From: Thermodesulfobacteriota bacterium
Lineage (GTDB): Bacteria; Desulfobacterota; Desulfobulbia; Desulfobulbales; SURF-16
Direction: 5' to 3'
NCBI GenBank assembly: GCA_040755455.1
Contig: JBFMAY010000016.1
Location: forward strand, 1 to 64,000
DNA: 64,000 nucleotides
The translations under genes and the position numbers were made by a program. Positions 28,252-39,051 of this stretch are shown here, one piece after another; the stretch's first letter is position 1; each line of letters begins with the position of its first letter. The notes below the pieces were generated by a model. The model ran no database searches. It was not told where the DNA came from and worked only from the letters and a program-made list of their open reading frames with translations.

Positions 28252-28958
28252 CCCCCCACACCCCCACCTTACAAGATCGAAACCAGCAGAGACAGCCGGG
28301 TCGCATAGGCCAGGCACATAGCCCCTACCCCGGTCGATCCCCCTGAGTTATTCCCATTGGGAAAAACGCCATCACTTCCGGCAGACTGCCAAAAGCGAAA
28401 ATCCGGCGGTCACAAAACACGATACAGGCCTTGCCCTCAGGCAAGCAAAAAACCAACAGCCGCAATCCTAACAAAATCAGCATTCCTATCCAATAAAAGA
28501 TTCTGTAATTTTTACTTAATTTTCAGCAAACTTCTTAACTTATTGTTTTCAATATAAAAAATTTTATTAAAATTTAAAACAATACTTTTTATCAAAACAA
28601 TATTTTTTATATTGACTTCCAAATATTTTTCAACATATGCTTTTTATTAACTGGCAGTGTTTTCAGCAGATTCCAAAATGATGAAAAATCGACTCTCCTT
28701 GCTCAATTAAATTTCTCAAATTCAATCAGTTATACTGATTGAGCAGAATTTTACTCATGAGCACTGTCACACCCTGTATTGATGAAAATAAAATGTATCC
28801 TGAGAAAAAAATGACCAATTTACTTGCTATACGGATACCTAACTTTTAGAATTAGCTTTAGCTCGTGGAATATTTTATTATTTATCAATGATTTTTTACT
28901 GTTATCTTTAAACAACTAACAGGCATAGAGACTAAAAAAACGGAAACGGAGAGAAGAG

Positions 28959-30164
28959 ATGACAAAAAAAATGATAGGGATTGGAGCGTTGACCATGCTC
29001 CTGTGGGGATCCTCAGCATTTGCCGCGGACAATGCCGAGCTGGAAAAACGGATAGAGGATCTGTCCGCGCAGAATCAGCAGTTGTCCGAAAGGCTTCGGC
29101 AGCTGGAGGAGATCCTGACCAAGCAGACACAGATCCAGCCTGCCCCGGCCGGGCAAACGGCCCAAGAGGGCGATAGTGAAAAATCCTTGCTGCAGGCGAT
29201 CAACGATCATGTGGAATTGTCCGGTCTGGTGGAAATAGAAGCCAGCAAGGCAGAGGATTTCAACAATGACGACAACAGCGATGTGACCCTGGCCACAGTG
29301 GAAATCGGACTAAATGCAAAGATTTCCGAGTGGTCGATTGCCCACCTCCTCCTGCTCTATGAAGAAGGTGAAGAAGATGACCACATCATTGTCGACGAAG
29401 GCACCATCACCCTCGGCAATATGGAAAAATTCCCACTCTATCTCACGGCCGGCAAGATGTACCTGCCCTTCGGTTTCTATGAAAGCGCCATGGTCTCCGA
29501 CCCCCTGACCCTTGAGCTGGGGGAGATTAACGACAGTGCGGCGCAAATCGGCTTTAACACTGGCGGTTTCTATGGATCGGTTTACGGATTTAATGGTGAC
29601 ATCAACGAGACGGGCAAGGACGATGAAGTGGACTCCTGGGGGGCCAATGTTGGCTACGCCTATGAGGCCGAAGGGATCGGACTGGATGTAGGGATGGACT
29701 GGATCAATAACATCGCCGACACCGACGGCGTCGGCGACTATCTCGAGGAGATCGACGTCACCGCCACCCACGACTTCGTGGATGGATGGGCCGTTCATGC
29801 CGTTTTTGACATCGGCCCGTTCCGCCTGATCGGCGAATACGTCACGGCGCTCGACGAGTTTGAACCCACGGAAATCGGCTTTGACAATACTGGGGCTGAA
29901 CCGGAGGCGCTGAGCTTTGAGGCTGATTACACCACCGAACTCTTCAACCGGGAAACGGTCTTTGCCCTCGGCTATCAAGGCACGGACGAGTCCCTGCAGC
30001 TGGGCCTGCCCGAAGAGCGTTACCTTGGCGCGGTGAGTGTCGGCATATTCAGCCATACGACTCTCGCCTTTGAATACCGCCACGATGAGGATTACGAAGA
30101 AAGTGAGGGAGGCACCGGCGAGGATGCCAACGCCGCCACGGTCCAGCTGGCCGTTGAATTTTGA
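28959..30164 (+). CDS. Outer-membrane beta-barrel porin, LbtU-like, with N-terminal coiled coil
   Basis: Signal peptide (AFA/AD), coiled coil, SGLVEIEA, GKMYLPFG, SDPLTLELGE, C-terminal QLAVEF. Confidence 0.8.
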   Translation: MTKKMIGIGALTMLLWGSSAFAADNAELEKRIEDLSAQNQQLSERLRQLEEILTKQTQIQPAPAGQTAQEGDSEKSLLQAINDHVELSGLVEIEASKAEDFNNDDNSDVTLATVEIGLNAKISEWSIAHLLLLYEEGEEDDHIIVDEGTITLGNMEKFPLYLTAGKMYLPFGFYESAMVSDPLTLELGEINDSAAQIGFNTGGFYGSVYGFNGDINETGKDDEVDSWGANVGYAYEAEGIGLDVGMDWINNIADTDGVGDYLEEIDVTATHDFVDGWAVHAVFDIGPFRLIGEYVTALDEFEPTEIGFDNTGAEPEALSFEADYTTELFNRETVFALGYQGTDESLQLGLPEERYLGAVSVGIFSHTTLAFEYRHDEDYEESEGGTGEDANAATVQLAVEF

Positions 30165-30337
30165 TGAACGTCCAGTGTGGCAACAAGCTGCCAATGGCAT
30201 AACACATCGGGACCAATCGGAAACCGAGGCTAAGAGCTTGTCAGCATATAAGCTCTAAATCAAAGGAAGTCGAAATGGTTGTTTATCAGGCATCCGGCGA
30301 TATTTGTTCAAAAACATCACTTAACAGGAGACACTTC

Positions 30338-31045
30338 ATGAAAACGAAACACTCAGCAATGTTGGTCAGTCGTACGCTAGCGTATGCGATTATTATCCTC
30401 AGCTTTGCCGTATCCACGGCCGCTGCGGCTGATTATGCCACCCTGACCGGCATGTTTTCGGGATACAAAAAATCCATATCCGATTTCGCCGATGCCTTTT
30501 ATGCCAACGACTGGGCAAAGGGCAAAACCATAGCCCAGGACCTTGTCGCCCAATCCAAGGCTTTTAAAAATCTGGCAGACACGGAGTACAAGGATGACTG
30601 GGGCTGGGAAGCCCAGGGCATGGTTAACCACTCGAATGAACTGGTCGAACTCTGTGATGAAAAGGCCAGTAACGATGCCTACTTTGTCAGTGCCGCCCTT
30701 TTCCTCCACCTCAACCATATTGTGGCCTCAACCCCCCTGTGGCTGAGAGACCATGTGGGCGAGATGGTAAAACAGGCCACCAACGGTGTAGCACAGAAAA
30801 ACAAGGAGATGGCCCTCGGCGCGGGTGAAGAGATTCACCTGGCTGCGCACGAATTCTCAGTTTCCGGGCAGATAATGGAGCATATGTTCGCCAACACCCG
30901 CTGGATTAAGGACGCGCGGGAAATGCATCTGCTGGGTGACGAATTCCAGAAGGCAGTCGATGCCGGCAACTGGGAAGCGGCCCAGAAACAGCTTGAGCAA
31001 ATTGACACGATTTACAAGAAGGTCGCCTCCTCGTTCAAAAAGTAA
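30338..31045 (+). CDS. Exported alpha-helical His/Met-rich hypothetical protein
   Basis: AGGAG RBS before ATG 30338; signal peptide (AAAA/D); repeated amphipathic helices. Confidence 0.8.
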   Translation: MKTKHSAMLVSRTLAYAIIILSFAVSTAAAADYATLTGMFSGYKKSISDFADAFYANDWAKGKTIAQDLVAQSKAFKNLADTEYKDDWGWEAQGMVNHSNELVELCDEKASNDAYFVSAALFLHLNHIVASTPLWLRDHVGEMVKQATNGVAQKNKEMALGAGEEIHLAAHEFSVSGQIMEHMFANTRWIKDAREMHLLGDEFQKAVDAGNWEAAQKQLEQIDTIYKKVASSFKK

Positions 31046-31295
31046 GCCTGTTTAATAAAATAATATGGTCGTCTGGCTTTCAGAGACGGCATAAAGGCAA
31101 GGCAGCATCTCCAGGTTGCTGGATAAATTTATCAGTAAAGTAACCAGGAGGGGAGATTCTGCCTTGCCGGCCTTACTTATGCGACAATGGAGATGTTAAT
31201 GCAGTCGAGTATTGCCATGAGGATATCCACTTTTTTTCAGGGAAACCGGCAGTCTCGGCAAAAAAAGCTTAATTTTTTTTGAGCAGGCCCGACAC

Positions 31296-33296
31296 ATGAA
31301 AACTCAGATAAAACTCGGCACCAAGCTTATTGGTTCGTTCCTTCTCGTGGGGATAATTCCCCTCCTGGTCATGGGAATTATTTCCCTCTGGCAGACCAGT
31401 GATGCCTTGAAGATCCAGGTCTTCAACCAGCTGCAGATTGCCAGGGAAATCAAGAAGTCGCAACTCGAGAAAATGTTCACCGCCCAGCTCGAGGTGGTGA
31501 AAAAGAACGCGGCGCTGGAGAATGTGCGGCGCTTCTTCCTCGAATTCGAGAATATCGGACTGATGCAGGGATTTGATTCGGAAGATTATAAGGCCGCCCT
31601 TGGCGACTACGACTCCATTCTCCAATTCTATTCCCAGGGCTTTGAAGACCTGTTTCTGATCTCCCAGAAAGGAGATGTGGTTTACTCCGTCAAGCACAAC
31701 TCTGACTTCGGGGTTAACCTGCTCAGCGGCCAGCACCAGGATAGCGGTTTAGCCCGCGCTTTCAACAAGGCCATCAAAGGCGAAATCGCCTTTGAAGACT
31801 TCGCATTCTATGCCCCGATGAACAATTCCCTCGTTTCATTTTTTGCAGCGCCTATCGCCGATGAATCCGGGAAAATCATCGGGGTCATGGCCCTGCCGCG
31901 ACAGATCAATGATGTTAACGTCATCATGGGAGAACGTTCCGGCATGGGAAAAACTGGAGAAACCTACCTGGTGGGCAACGATCATCTGATGGTGTCGGAT
32001 TCGTTTCTGGACCCGAAAAACCACTCAGCGGTGGCCTCCCACAGTAATCCCCAGCTCGGCAAGGCAGAAAACGAATCCTCACGCCAGGCCATTGCCGGCA
32101 AAACCGGATTCGGGATCCACCGCAATTACCTTGGCAACGAAGTACTGAGCTCCTATACCCCGATAAAAATAGGCGACACAACCTGGGCGCTTATCGCGGA
32201 AATGAACAAATCAGAGGCATTTACCTCCATCAATGCCATCAAATTGTTTACCGCGGCACTGACCGCTATCTGCATCGTCGTCATTGCCGCCGTGGCATTT
32301 TTCATTACCCGGTCAATTTCAAACCCCATCAACCTTATCACCAACAGTCTCAACCTTAATGCCAACCACGTGTTCAACGCCTCATTACAGGTGGCGTCAT
32401 CCAGTCATTCTCTCGCCGAAGGCGCCTCCCAGCAGGCAGCCGCTCTCGAGGAAACCTCTTCCTCCCTTGAGGAAATGTCCTCCTTGACCCAGCAGAACGC
32501 CAATAACGCCGGCGAGGCCGACAAGCTCATGGAAAAGGCGAATACCGTGGTGGACGGAGCCAACACTTCCATGCAGGAACTGACGCAATCCATGGAAGAG
32601 ATATCAAAGGCAAGTGAAGATACCCAGAAGATCATCAAGACCATAGACGAGATCGCCTTTCAGACAAATCTCCTGGCGCTCAACGCGGCGGTTGAGGCGG
32701 CGCGGGCCGGTGAAGCGGGGGCAGGGTTTGCCGTTGTGGCCGATGAAGTACGCAATCTGGCCATGCGGGCGGCGGATGCCGCCAAAAACACAGCGACCCT
32801 CATCGAGGGCACGGTGAAGAAAATCAAGGCCGGTTCCCAACTGGTCACAAAAACCAGCCAAGACTTCAAACAGGTGACGGAAAGCACGGCAAAAGTTACG
32901 GCACTGGTGGCAGAAATCGCCACCGCCTCCGACGAGCAATCCCATGGCATAAATCAGATCAACAAGGCGGTTACCGAAATGGACAAGGTGGTCCAGCTGA
33001 CAGCTGCCAATGCCATGGAAAATGCCAGCTCATCGGAGGAAATGACCGGCCAGGCCGAGCAGATGAAAACCCTGGTCAACGATCTTGTCGGCCTTGTGGG
33101 CAACAACAAGGCAAAAAAAGAACAAACAACCGCTACGACGGCCGAAACCGTCAAGGAAGCCCGGCCCCGGCCTGTCGCCCCTGCTGTGGCGAAACGACAA
33201 CCGCCGCCTGGCAGACCAGCTCTGGTCCATAAACCAAAGCTTGCAACCCCTGCACAGGTCATCCCCTTTGACGACGAGGATTTCAAGGATTTCTAA
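31296..33296 (+). CDS. Methyl-accepting chemotaxis protein with Cache sensor and CheR-tether pentapeptide
   Basis: 2 TM, dCache-like [41 protein letters not shown] hairpin tip, C-terminal DFKDF. Confidence 0.95.
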   Translation: MKTQIKLGTKLIGSFLLVGIIPLLVMGIISLWQTSDALKIQVFNQLQIAREIKKSQLEKMFTAQLEVVKKNAALENVRRFFLEFENIGLMQGFDSEDYKAALGDYDSILQFYSQGFEDLFLISQKGDVVYSVKHNSDFGVNLLSGQHQDSGLARAFNKAIKGEIAFEDFAFYAPMNNSLVSFFAAPIADESGKIIGVMALPRQINDVNVIMGERSGMGKTGETYLVGNDHLMVSDSFLDPKNHSAVASHSNPQLGKAENESSRQAIAGKTGFGIHRNYLGNEVLSSYTPIKIGDTTWALIAEMNKSEAFTSINAIKLFTAALTAICIVVIAAVAFFITRSISNPINLITNSLNLNANHVFNASLQVASSSHSLAEGASQQAAALEETSSSLEEMSSLTQQNANNAGEADKLMEKANTVVDGANTSMQELTQSMEEISKASEDTQKIIKTIDEIAFQTNLLALNAAVEAARAGEAGAGFAVVADEVRNLAMRAADAAKNTATLIEGTVKKIKAGSQLVTKTSQDFKQVTESTAKVTALVAEIATASDEQSHGINQINKAVTEMDKVVQLTAANAMENASSSEEMTGQAEQMKTLVNDLVGLVGNNKAKKEQTTATTAETVKEARPRPVAPAVAKRQPPPGRPALVHKPKLATPAQVIPFDDEDFKDF

Positions 33297-33315
33297 CAGG
33301 TGGGGAAAAACAACA

Positions 33316-34116
33316 ATGAAGACACGTATGGCCGCCATCATCCTAGCAGCCTCTTTCTTGCTGATGTCAGATCAGGCATCCAGTTCACCGCTGCTCTGGG
33401 CCCATGATGCTGCCGGCCAGCTCGGCACGGTTGATCTTGCCGACAGCAGTGTTGCCATCATCGGTTCCATGGGCGCTGTCATGACCGATATCGCCTATGA
33501 TGCGGACGGCAACCTGTGGGGCATCACCCCGACGGATCTGTACCGAATCAATCCCCATACCGCGGCGACAACCCTTATCGGCGCCCACAACATTCCCCAG
33601 GGCAATGCTCTGGTTTTCGGTACTGATGGTTTGCTCTATGCAGCCGGCGGCAGCACGACAAAACTCTTCACCCTTGATCCCGCAACGGGAAACGGAACCA
33701 GCATCGGCGCCACCGGCTTCTTTTCCGCCGGCGATCTGGCCTTTTACCGCGGCAACCTCTACCTCTCATCCACCCACAGCGAGCTGATCCGTATTGACCT
33801 GAACAACAACGCTGCCGGCAGCAAAATCGGCGAGTTCGGCTTCTACAACGTCTACGGCCTGGCAACGGCAGACAACGATACCCTGTATGGCATTTCCGCA
33901 ACCAAGATCTTCTCGGTTGACATTGTCACCGGCAAAGGCACCCTGATTCTGGACTACAAGGGCAAGGTCCTGGGTTCCTCTTATGGCTCAAGTTTCATCA
34001 CCGAGTCCATCCCGCAACCTGCTGTTCCGGTCCCGCCATCCATATGGCTGCTCGGCAGCGCCCTGCCCGGTCTGCTGATTTTCCGCAAACGGCTGGCCGG
34101 CCTCGCGCCCAGCTGA
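33316..34116 (+). CDS. PEP-CTERM/VPLPA-type sorted surface protein, beta-propeller-like
   Basis: Signal peptide from ATG 33316; DIA/GDLAF blade repeats; VPVPPSIWLLGSALPGLLIFRKR C-terminal sorting signal. Confidence 0.85.
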   Translation: MKTRMAAIILAASFLLMSDQASSSPLLWAHDAAGQLGTVDLADSSVAIIGSMGAVMTDIAYDADGNLWGITPTDLYRINPHTAATTLIGAHNIPQGNALVFGTDGLLYAAGGSTTKLFTLDPATGNGTSIGATGFFSAGDLAFYRGNLYLSSTHSELIRIDLNNNAAGSKIGEFGFYNVYGLATADNDTLYGISATKIFSVDIVTGKGTLILDYKGKVLGSSYGSSFITESIPQPAVPVPPSIWLLGSALPGLLIFRKRLAGLAPS

Positions 34117-34371
34117 CACGCCGGGCTGTCCGGCAACGATCCCGTCCGCAGATCAACTCTGCTTGTCCCCCTGTCTCTTTTGTGCCATAATGGTATTTTC
34201 ATAAACCCGTTTATGCACTCAAATCAGCAAAAAAACATTACATGAAAGCCGAAAACCATCAGGGCCTGCGGCGTGCGCCATCGAGGCGATGTTGATGGAA
34301 AGCAGAACATCTGCAGACAAATCGAGGATGTGACGCAGCCGGTGTTGAAAAAAATAGACGATAATTGCTTG

Positions 34372-35133
34372 ATGACAACAGCCAAAGGCAGACAAAAAAA
34401 ACTACTCCCCCTCTTCATTCTCCCGGCACTATCTCTGCCGGCCGCCGCTCATGCCGGAGAAAGCGTCGACCGCCTTGTGGTGGGGAATTTCTCCCAGGCC
34501 CAGGATCTGACCAGGCTGCCGGATGGCTGGCAACCCCTGACCTTCAAGAACATTGCCTCCCACACCACCTACCGCCTCGTGCAGGATCAGGGCACCACGG
34601 TCATTGAAGCCGCAAGCCAGGCCTCTTCCTCAGGGCTCACCAGGAAATTTCCCATCGACCCTCTTGCCTACCCTGTTCTTTCCTGGAGCTGGAAGGTGGC
34701 CAATATTTATGAAAAGGGCGATGTCACAAAGAAGGAAGGCGATGATTACCCGGCCAGAATCTATATTACCTTTGCCTATGATGCCGACAAAGTCGGCCTG
34801 TGGGAGCGGGTCAAGTTCAATGCCATCAAACTGTTTTACGGGGAATATCCGCCGATCAATGCCATCAATTACATCTGGGCCAGCAAGGCGCCGCAGCAAC
34901 TTATCACGCCCAATCCCTACACCGACCGGGTTAAGATGATCGCCATCGAGAGCGGGCCGGACCGGCTGAACCAATGGGTTACGGAAAAAAGAGACATTGC
35001 CGCTGATTACCGGCAGGCCTTTGGTGAAGATCCCCCCGCCATATCCGGCATTGCCGTCATGACCGACTCCGACAATACCGGCGAGAGCGCCACGGCCTGG
35101 TATGGTGACATCATCTTTTCCAGGAAACAGTGA
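34372..35133 (+). CDS. DUF3047-like exported protein
   Basis: LSWSWKV, GDDYPARIY, INYIWAS, IAVMTDSDNTG motifs; start uncertain. Confidence 0.85.
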   Translation: MTTAKGRQKKLLPLFILPALSLPAAAHAGESVDRLVVGNFSQAQDLTRLPDGWQPLTFKNIASHTTYRLVQDQGTTVIEAASQASSSGLTRKFPIDPLAYPVLSWSWKVANIYEKGDVTKKEGDDYPARIYITFAYDADKVGLWERVKFNAIKLFYGEYPPINAINYIWASKAPQQLITPNPYTDRVKMIAIESGPDRLNQWVTEKRDIAADYRQAFGEDPPAISGIAVMTDSDNTGESATAWYGDIIFSRKQ

Positions 35134-37948
35134 GGTCACCTGCTCGTGGCCGCAATCCCCCTGAACCACCCCGGCCCGACCCCTCCCCGGCAAGAATACC
35201 GCCGATGGTTTCCGCCAACTCTTCAAGCATGAAAGGTTTATGGATAAAGGCGGCGGGATGCACTTCTCCCTCCCCGATCATCACCTGTTCCTCGGCATAA
35301 CCGCTGGCGAGAATGACTTTAACCTGGGCATTAAGCCGCTGCAGCTCCTGCATGGCGGCGACGCCATCCTTGGCCGGCATGGAAACATCAAGAATGACCA
35401 GATCAATGATCTCCTGATTTCTTTTATAGATATCAACCGCCTCCTGGCCATCCCCCGCGACAAGAACGTCAAAACCGATCTTTTCCAGCATTTGCCTTCC
35501 CGTATCGCTGACCATGGCATCGTCATCAGCCAACAGCACAATCCCTGAAAAACATGGCAGTCCGACAGCCGTCGGCAGGTCTTGCTCGCTGTGCTGCTGT
35601 GCCGTCATCTCCAAGGCCGGCAGCAGCAAGTTGATCGTCGTTCCTTTCCCCGGGCTGCTCACTACCGTTAATGCCCCCTGATGAGCCTTGACAATGCCCA
35701 CAGCAACCGGCAACCCCAAGCCCCTGCCGGTGAATCTGGTAGTAAAAAACGGATCAAATATCTGCGCAACAGTCGTTTCATCCATGCCGCAACCATTGTC
35801 CGTTATCCGGCAGAAGGCATACCGGCCCCTGGCCAGGTTGCTTTCCCGGAAGGGCGTGGGCAGATCCTCCAGCTCTTCAAACGAGTAGCCGGTGCTGATG
35901 GTGATCTGCCCGGCAGCCTTGCCGATAGCCTCACTGGCGTTCAAGACCAGATTGAGGACAACTTCCTGAATCTGCCGCATATCCACATTGCACCAGACAG
36001 GTATGGCAGGGTGATTGACCATGAGGCTGACCTGCGAGGAAATATTGTTACGTAATAAGTCCTCCATATTTTTCACCAGAGCGGCAAGGTCATTCGGTTT
36101 CCTATGCAACTCCTGTTGTCCCACATAGGCAAGCATGGACCCGGAAATGTTCGAGGCCTTTTTTGCCGCCTTGAGTGCCTGTCTGACCATGTGTCCTGCT
36201 TTTGCATCAGCAGGCAGCTGCAGTTGCAGGAGCTGCAGATTTCCCTGCACCGCCATCATGATATTGTTGAAATGATGGGCAAAGGCGCCGGCCATGACAT
36301 TGAGACTTTTATAGCGCTGCGCCTGCTCCAGATGATGAACCAGCATGAGTTTCTCCTGTGCCGCATTGACCCTCTCGTTAATGTCCATGATGATCCAGAT
36401 GACTCCCTGGGAGATGTCATCCATATGCAACAGACGACAGCGTATGTTGCACCATGAGCGGGCCCCGCCCTTTCTGACAAAGAGATAATCCCCCTCATAG
36501 GTTTCGCCTTGCAGCAGCACAGGATAAATCATTTTACCAAAGGCCTCATAATCATCCCTGGAAAGAAAAAACGGAACGGTCGTTTTGCCGACCAGTTCAT
36601 CCGGCTCATAGCCGGTAATGTGTGCTATTTCCGGGTTGACCCGTTTGATGATTCTCCACTCATCCATGAAAATAATGCCCACCGGCGAGTTGTTGACCAG
36701 GGCTTCAATCTCCGACATGCTCCGCTCGAGCCGGCGGGCGGTTTCTTCCGCCAGCACCTTGGCGGAATTCAACTGGGCGGTGTGTTCCTGCACTTTCTGT
36801 TCAAGGGCTTCCTGTGCCTGGCGAAGCTGCTGTTCCGCCCTTTTGCGCCGCCTGATGTTCATGGTGAGCACAACAATCGTCAGGCCCAATACGCTGCCGA
36901 AAACACCCCCCCAGACCAGCTTTTGATATTCTTCGTAAAACGAGGAGGGTTTATTGATAATGATGCTGTCCGGCGGCAGTTTGCTTTGGCTTATTCCCCA
37001 GCGTTGAAGCTGCTTGTAATCAAACATGTTGCGTTTGGCCCCATACTTCACCACGGCGATGCTATCCGGCGCCTCGCCCGCCAGAATCCGATTGGCCAGC
37101 GCAGCAGCCGTCTCGCCCTGAAAATAACCGGAAATCAGGTTGCCTCCCACCATGCCGTATCCCAGATAAAAATTAAGCAAACCATACACCGGCACCGGAC
37201 TGGCCGCGGAAACCAGGCGGATACTCTCCTCCTCCGGGTAATACTGGTCAAGCCGGTCGTGGAAATAGAACCCATAGAGGACAATGGTATCAGCGGACAA
37301 TGCCCGCAACTGCGCCTGCAGTTCTTCCATGGACAGGTTGCCTGCATAGCGGATGTCCAGGCGCCCGGCAAAACCAGCCAGTTGCTGCCGTATGCTGCGC
37401 GTCCATGCCACGCCGGTGGGCAGGTAGTCGTTAATGACAAATACTTGCCTTGTCTGCGGGTGGATCTTCAGGGCGATATTTACCGTGGCGGCCGCATCAA
37501 AAATTTCGGCAACGCCGGTAAATCCGGGCAGTTCCGCCAGCATGCCGTCCTCAAAGATGTTGACCCCGCAAAAGACCACCGGCACACCGGGGAAAAGAGC
37601 AGCGCGGAATTCCCGCATGAAGTTGAAGGCATTGTTGCCGGAAGCGATGATGAGGCGCAGGGGCGTCTCCGCATATTTGCTGCGGTACAGCGCCAAGAGT
37701 TGCTGCCTGTATTGAGCACTGTCGGGAACGCGCTTGGTGTCCATGTTTTCCACATGGATCTCCACATGGTATCGATCTAACTCCAGCTTGCCCTGCAAGG
37801 CCTGCAACACATCCTGCTCCCACGCCATGCTCTGATGATAGGAATTGAGGATAAGGACATGGGTGGCGGGATGATAGGCATAGGCGTCGGCGGCCAGGAT
37901 GAGCGAGGCAAGACAGCAGAAGAAAATGCGCACCACCTGACATATCAT
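35111..37948 (-). CDS. Hybrid sensor kinase (ABC substrate-binding-like periplasmic domain, PAS, HisKA, HATPase, REC)
   Basis: VLILNSYH...PVVFCGVN, PAS, AHHFNNIM, FFTTRFTGRGLGL, LADDD...LDVSMP...KPF; start uncertain. Confidence 0.92.
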   Translation of the reverse strand: MICQVVRIFFCCLASLILAADAYAYHPATHVLILNSYHQSMAWEQDVLQALQGKLELDRYHVEIHVENMDTKRVPDSAQYRQQLLALYRSKYAETPLRLIIASGNNAFNFMREFRAALFPGVPVVFCGVNIFEDGMLAELPGFTGVAEIFDAAATVNIALKIHPQTRQVFVINDYLPTGVAWTRSIRQQLAGFAGRLDIRYAGNLSMEELQAQLRALSADTIVLYGFYFHDRLDQYYPEEESIRLVSAASPVPVYGLLNFYLGYGMVGGNLISGYFQGETAAALANRILAGEAPDSIAVVKYGAKRNMFDYKQLQRWGISQSKLPPDSIIINKPSSFYEEYQKLVWGGVFGSVLGLTIVVLTMNIRRRKRAEQQLRQAQEALEQKVQEHTAQLNSAKVLAEETARRLERSMSEIEALVNNSPVGIIFMDEWRIIKRVNPEIAHITGYEPDELVGKTTVPFFLSRDDYEAFGKMIYPVLLQGETYEGDYLFVRKGGARSWCNIRCRLLHMDDISQGVIWIIMDINERVNAAQEKLMLVHHLEQAQRYKSLNVMAGAFAHHFNNIMMAVQGNLQLLQLQLPADAKAGHMVRQALKAAKKASNISGSMLAYVGQQELHRKPNDLAALVKNMEDLLRNNISSQVSLMVNHPAIPVWCNVDMRQIQEVVLNLVLNASEAIGKAAGQITISTGYSFEELEDLPTPFRESNLARGRYAFCRITDNGCGMDETTVAQIFDPFFTTRFTGRGLGLPVAVGIVKAHQGALTVVSSPGKGTTINLLLPALEMTAQQHSEQDLPTAVGLPCFSGIVLLADDDAMVSDTGRQMLEKIGFDVLVAGDGQEAVDIYKRNQEIIDLVILDVSMPAKDGVAAMQELQRLNAQVKVILASGYAEEQVMIGEGEVHPAAFIHKPFMLEELAETIGGILAGEGSGRGGSGGLRPRAGDLTVSWKR

Positions 37949-38292
37949 AATAGGCCCCGAAAAATGTGATGTGAGTCCGGCGCGAAGAACAGTCAAGCTG
38001 TTGATAATAAATATAGTACATCAAATCGGCGGCAGACATAAAACATTTTCGCTCCTGCGGCCGCAGAGAGCCAGGGCGATCATGTGCAGGCTCCGATAGG
38101 AGGGGAAAAGTCCAATGCCTTGGCAACAGGCCCTTGTCTTGTCGAATGAAGATTGTGTTGAACCTGAATGAATTTAGCGATAAGATCGGTTCATTGTTCA
38201 TTTGTGCATTTCATCGGCTTATGGCTGGGTATTCTCTGCCTCATGGTATAAACCGACAAGGAGCTCCAAACAAATCATACGGAGGTTCTGCG

Positions 38293-39036
38293 ATGGGTCA
38301 CAAATCGAAAGCTCATCCCCGGGAAAAACCCAAACTGCCTGCCGGCACCCTTCAGACTTCGGCAAGGTCCCGTGAACAGGAGCATGGGCCAACGCTTGCC
38401 CTGGTTATTAAAAGTGACACGGACGGCTGTGAGCAGGCGGTTTGCGAAATCATTGCCAAAAACAACACCCTGGAGGGGGTAGCCGTTGAAATTATCCACA
38501 AGGGGGTGGGCGATATCTGCAAAACAGATATCATGAACGCCGCGACCGGCAGCAGGCTGGTCCTTGGTTTTAATGTCCATGTGCTGCCGAAGGTTGCGGA
38601 ACTGTGCAAGGAAGAGAATGTGGAGGTCCGCCTCTATTCGGTCATTTATCAATTGCTTGAGGATCTCCGGGAAATAGCAGCCAGCCTTCTTCCCCGGGAA
38701 ACAGAGGAAAAGATTCTCGGCACAGCCAAGGTCATCGCCCTGTTTAAAGGCAGCAGAAAGGGTATCATCATCGGCTGCGAGGTTGAAACAGGCAGGCTGC
38801 AGACAGGGGAACGCTTCCGCATCATCTCGGCAATGGGGCCTGTCTTTTCAGGCACCATCGCCTCAATGCATATCGAAAAGGACAGCATCAGCAAGGCCAC
38901 CCCCAGGCAGCAGGTGGGGATAAAAATAGAAAATTTCAAAAATGTCCGCATCGGCGATCTCGTCGAGTGCTATCAGGCTATGCCCGGCGGGAAAGGCACG
39001 AGGTGGCAGCCAAGCGGCAAAATTCTTCATCTGTAA
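38293..39036 (+). CDS. Stand-alone translation initiation factor IF2 C-terminal-domain protein (no GTPase)
   Basis: GGAGG RBS; LVIKSDTDG, GVGDI...LGFNV, YSVIYQLLED, GTAKVIALF...IGCEV...GIKIENF...GDLVECY align by eye to the IF2 C-terminal domains. Confidence 0.82.
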   Translation: MGHKSKAHPREKPKLPAGTLQTSARSREQEHGPTLALVIKSDTDGCEQAVCEIIAKNNTLEGVAVEIIHKGVGDICKTDIMNAATGSRLVLGFNVHVLPKVAELCKEENVEVRLYSVIYQLLEDLREIAASLLPRETEEKILGTAKVIALFKGSRKGIIIGCEVETGRLQTGERFRIISAMGPVFSGTIASMHIEKDSISKATPRQQVGIKIENFKNVRIGDLVECYQAMPGGKGTRWQPSGKILHL

Positions 39037-39051
39037 CGCGACAGATTGATC

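Noticed and set aside
30200..30260. Possible c-di-GMP-I riboswitch in this spacer, upstream of the His-rich gene and the MCP cluster
   Set aside because: Two small hairpins are present, but the GGCAAA...GCAAA consensus architecture is not.
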